Below are positions 26,390-28,810 of a DNA stretch of 28,810 bases, piece after piece (positions within the stretch are counted from its first letter, which is position 1; every line of letters begins with the position of its first letter). This DNA is from a virus (taxonomy: Duplodnaviria; Caudoviricetes). Below the pieces are notes generated by a model. The model saw nothing but the letters and a program-made list of their open reading frames with translations. It ran no database searches and was not told the DNA's origin. The stretch is taken from positions 1-28,810 of the IMG/VR virus record IMGVR_UViG_3300042997_000671; one strand, 5' to 3'. The position numbers and the translations under genes are program-made.

Positions 26390-26422
26390 ATAAATATATA
26401 AAATCTTCTACAAAACGCCAAA
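26390..26422 (-). promoter_or_regulatory. composite promoter: TTTG-N20-TATATTTA overlapping ATATTTAT
   Basis: Both motif classes coincide upstream of the ATG at 26357. Confidence 0.6.
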
Positions 26423-26434
26423 TTAGATTACAAA

Positions 26435-26797
26435 TTATGAAAGATCAATAATGTTAAACTCAACACCTGGATTGTTAGTTAAAGATGATGATACTACATA
26501 GTTATGTGCAGCTAATAATACATTACCTTCAACATCTGTATCTACAGTACCGAAGTTTAAGTTAGTGATTGTTCTAGCACCATTGTAATCAGTTGAACCT
26601 GATTCACCTGGAGTCCACTCTGGTTTCTTATCCCATAAGTTTGCACTTACACTGATAGATGTACCATTGTTGATTGAACATTGTAGGAACATATAAGCTC
26701 CATCATAATACTGTGGGATTGGATTTCCCATCATTGGACCAAAATTTGGTTGAACGAATTCCCATACTGGGCTGAAGTTTTTGATTTCTATTGCCAT
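26435..26797 (-). CDS. hypothetical protein (tail-fibre associated)
   Basis: ORF downstream of the fibre genes, preceded by the ATATTTAT motif. Confidence 0.7.
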   Translation of the reverse strand: MAIEIKNFSPVWEFVQPNFGPMMGNPIPQYYDGAYMFLQCSINNGTSISVSANLWDKKPEWTPGESGSTDYNGARTITNLNFGTVDTDVEGNVLLAAHNYVVSSSLTNNPGVEFNIIDLS

Positions 26798-26812
26798 AAT
26801 TGTTATTTTAAT

Positions 26813-26820
26813 ATAAATAT
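26813..26820 (-). promoter_or_regulatory. ATATTTAT late-promoter-like motif
   Basis: 15 nt upstream of the ATG at 26797. Confidence 0.55.
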
Positions 26821-26837
26821 GTAAAAAAGTAAAATGA

Positions 26838-27407
26838 TTAAGGTTCTGTAATTGTAATGACTAAAGTAAATCTTTGTATTGATGATATAGTTGCAAGACT
26901 TGTAGTACCTATTGGAACGGTTAAGCTGCTATTAGAATATAAAGTAGCCCCTGTATTTGGGTCTGTAACGGTAACAGTTACTGGTGCTGGATATGATGGA
27001 TTTGTAGGGTTATCAGTAATATAAGATATTTGCAAAAGTCCATTTGTTGAAACAACTTGTCCAGCACCTGTTATTGAGTCATTTGGGTCTACAAATCCTG
27101 TAACTAGAGCTTGTGGGTTAACATACCATATAAAGACTTGCATTTGAACAGGTGTAAAATTTTGAATTGTATAATCTACATATGTTCCTGCTCCAACATG
27201 CTGATACCCATACCAATCTGACATGAAGTATGGAAAATCTGCGTTGGCATACTTATTGTAGATAGCACTCCCAGCATCTGTATTCCGATTAATAGCTCCA
27301 TATGTTCCAGCATATGCACCATTAGTTGAAATTAAACTTGTTGATGCTCTACCAAATTCAGTATTTATCATACTCATTGATATGGGACCTGATAATGGTA
27401 ATGTCAT
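26838..27407 (-). CDS. putative tail fibre tip / adhesin-like protein
   Basis: N-terminal MTLPLSGPISMSMINTEFG...MSDWYGY module of a type often found right after S74-containing fibres. Beta-rich C-terminal domain. Confidence 0.55.
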   Translation of the reverse strand: MTLPLSGPISMSMINTEFGRASTSLISTNGAYAGTYGAINRNTDAGSAIYNKYANADFPYFMSDWYGYQHVGAGTYVDYTIQNFTPVQMQVFIWYVNPQALVTGFVDPNDSITGAGQVVSTNGLLQISYITDNPTNPSYPAPVTVTVTDPNTGATLYSNSSLTVPIGTTSLATISSIQRFTLVITITEP

Positions 27408-27409
27408 AG

Positions 27410-28810
27410 TTACTTGTTCTCTAGTTTGTTTACTTTATCAGTTAATTCTTTAATAGCTTCAATTAGTAGTGGTACTAGCTTTTCATACTTGACGGCTTTG
27501 TATCCACTATCTCTAGTAGTGACGACTTCAGGTAGTATGGATTCAATCTCTTGAGCTATTACTCCAACATCCCTTCCTTCAAACCCATGTAGTATTGTTA
27601 ATTCAGGATCTGACTTCCAATCGAATGTATTACCAGAGATTAAACTTACTTTATGTAAAGCGTTCTCTATAGGATGTATATTTTCTTTTAAGTGGATGTC
27701 TGAAGTTGAGTAAGCTACTATATCGTTTGAGGCATCAATTCTACCTACCGTACTACTTACACCTACAGCTCCTACAGCTAAAGATCCAGATAAAGAAACT
27801 CTACTACCTGTTGCCCAAAATTGAATATTTCCCAACCCATCTGATAAAGCTACAGTAGTTGTTAGAGTACTTGTTCCTGCATACTTACCTATAAGTGTGT
27901 TGCGGTTTCCTGTTGTTATTGAAGCTCCAGAACCTGAACCTATTAAAGTATTACCTCCTCCAGTTGTAATTAAGCCTCCAGCATACGAGCCTACTATAGT
28001 ATTGTAATTGCCTGAAGTTGTTGTTATTCCCGCCTCATTACCTATAGCTACATTATATGCTGCTGTATTTGAACCTGAACTTGCTATAGTACCTCTTAAA
28101 GCTAAATAACCTATAGCTGTGTTATAATTTGAGCTTGCATTTTGAAAAGCATAATATGATAATGAACCTAAAGCACAGTTACCTGTGTTTGTTGTAGATA
28201 ATACACCTGCTTGTTGGCCAATAAATACGTTAAAGTTACCAGTTGTAAGTAATTGCCCAGCACCAAATCCAAACATCATGTTTGCTCTACCTGTTGTTAA
28301 AGCATTACCGGTAAAGTGACCTAATCCTGTATTTCTGTCAGCTACACCTGATGACCAAGCACTTAAGTTTGCTCCAGAACCAGAACCAATAAACACGTTA
28401 TCAGAGTTTGCTGTGTTGCTGTTTCCTTTCCATACCCACATGTTATTAATTGATAACAAGTCTATTGATGGATTATATAAAAGGTCAGCGTTTACTAAGG
28501 CTCCATTGTTTCCAGTTGTACTTCCTACAAATGTTAAATACCTACTAATATTAGTTGCATCTGCAGATATTGCTATGTTTGTAGCATTTGTTGCTGTTGT
28601 TGCTGTTGTTGCAGAAGTTGCACTTCCTAATAAACTTCCTGTGAATGATGTTGCTGTAACACCTCCTACTACTTGAAGAGTATTGCTTGGGCTTGTTGTT
28701 CCAATACCTACTCTACCATCATCTCTTACTGCAAAATATGTACCTACCTGTAGACCATAGCTACTTGCGTTTCCTCCTCCACCTTCTACATAAATCGCAG
28801 TTCTATTAGT
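27410..28810 (-). CDS. tail fibre protein with C-terminal peptidase S74 intramolecular chaperone; 5' end outside the window
   Basis: Frame is open to the window edge (TNRTAIYVEGGG...DDGRVGIGTTSPSNTLQV...). G/N-rich repeats, then SDIHLKENI...FDWK...GVIAQE...VKYEKLVPLLIEAIKEL. Confidence 0.9.
   Translation of the reverse strand, partial: TNRTAIYVEGGGGNASSYGLQVGTYFAVRDDGRVGIGTTSPSNTLQVVGGVTATSFTGSLLGSATSATTATTATNATNIAISADATNISRYLTFVGSTTGNNGALVNADLLYNPSIDLLSINNMWVWKGNSNTANSDNVFIGSGSGANLSAWSSGVADRNTGLGHFTGNALTTGRANMMFGFGAGQLLTTGNFNVFIGQQAGVLSTTNTGNCALGSLSYYAFQNASSNYNTAIGYLALRGTIASSGSNTAAYNVAIGNEAGITTTSGNYNTIVGSYAGGLITTGGGNTLIGSGSGASITTGNRNTLIGKYAGTSTLTTTVALSDGLGNIQFWATGSRVSLSGSLAVGAVGVSSTVGRIDASNDIVAYSTSDIHLKENIHPIENALHKVSLISGNTFDWKSDPELTILHGFEGRDVGVIAQEIESILPEVVTTRDSGYKAVKYEKLVPLLIEAIKELTDKVNKLENK
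27880..28400 (-). repeat. degenerate ~14-17 aa repeats (TTGxxNxxxGxxAG) in the tail fibre
   Basis: TTGRANMMFGFGAG, TTGNFNVFIGQQAG, TSGNYNTIVGSYAG, TTGGGNTLIGSGSG, TTGNRNTLIGKYAG. Coordinates approximate. Confidence 0.7.

Noticed and set aside
27410-28459. Track start of the tail fibre at 28459
   Set aside because: The frame stays open with fibre-like sequence to 28810, so the real start is outside the window.
4356-28676. All plus-strand ORFs in the track (for example 4356, 6313, 8480, 9237, 13429, 17899, 18718, 19615, 24510, 25715, 28413)
   Set aside because: They lie antisense to well-supported minus-strand genes, have no recognisable motifs and show shadow-ORF composition.
1-28810. Alternative genetic code (stop codon reassignment)
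   Set aside because: Genes are full length and densely packed under the standard bacterial code, and both TAA and TAG end genes at sensible positions.
1-28810. tRNA genes, CRISPR arrays, introns/inteins, integrase or IS elements
   Set aside because: Intergenic gaps are all short and AT-rich with no cloverleaf or repeat-spacer pattern seen. RNR, helicase, RecA and polymerase show no obvious insertions.

Overview
This window is an AT-rich fragment of a large tailed dsDNA phage with a contractile tail (myovirus-like). All credible genes are on the minus strand. In transcription order (right to left) it holds four modules. (1) Tail fibre region: a fibre with a C-terminal peptidase S74 chaperone (5' end off-window) plus small proteins. 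(2) T4-like tail module: sheath, tube, gp26-like chaperone with a probable frameshifted extension, tape measure, tube initiator, LysM/gp53-like wedge, and a 1222-aa hub with a GH108-like muramidase. (3) Replication and nucleotide module: a short divergent family A polymerase, gp32-like SSB, RecA/UvsX, 5'-3' exonuclease, DnaB/gp41 helicase, thioredoxin and class II RNR. (4) A 7-deazaguanine DNA modification cluster: QueD, a DpdA/TGT-like transglycosylase and QueC, with an embedded glycosyltransferase and an adjacent T5orf172 nuclease-like gene. TTTG-N20-TAnnTTTA promoters and A-rich leaders without Shine-Dalgarno sequences point to a Bacteroidota host. The best leads are a possibly glycosylated deazaguanine, a PolA with altered steric-gate and motif B/C residues, a +1/-2 frameshift ORF missed by the ORF track, and a recurring ATATTTAT promoter-like motif. 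All assignments come from motif recognition by eye, with no database searches.
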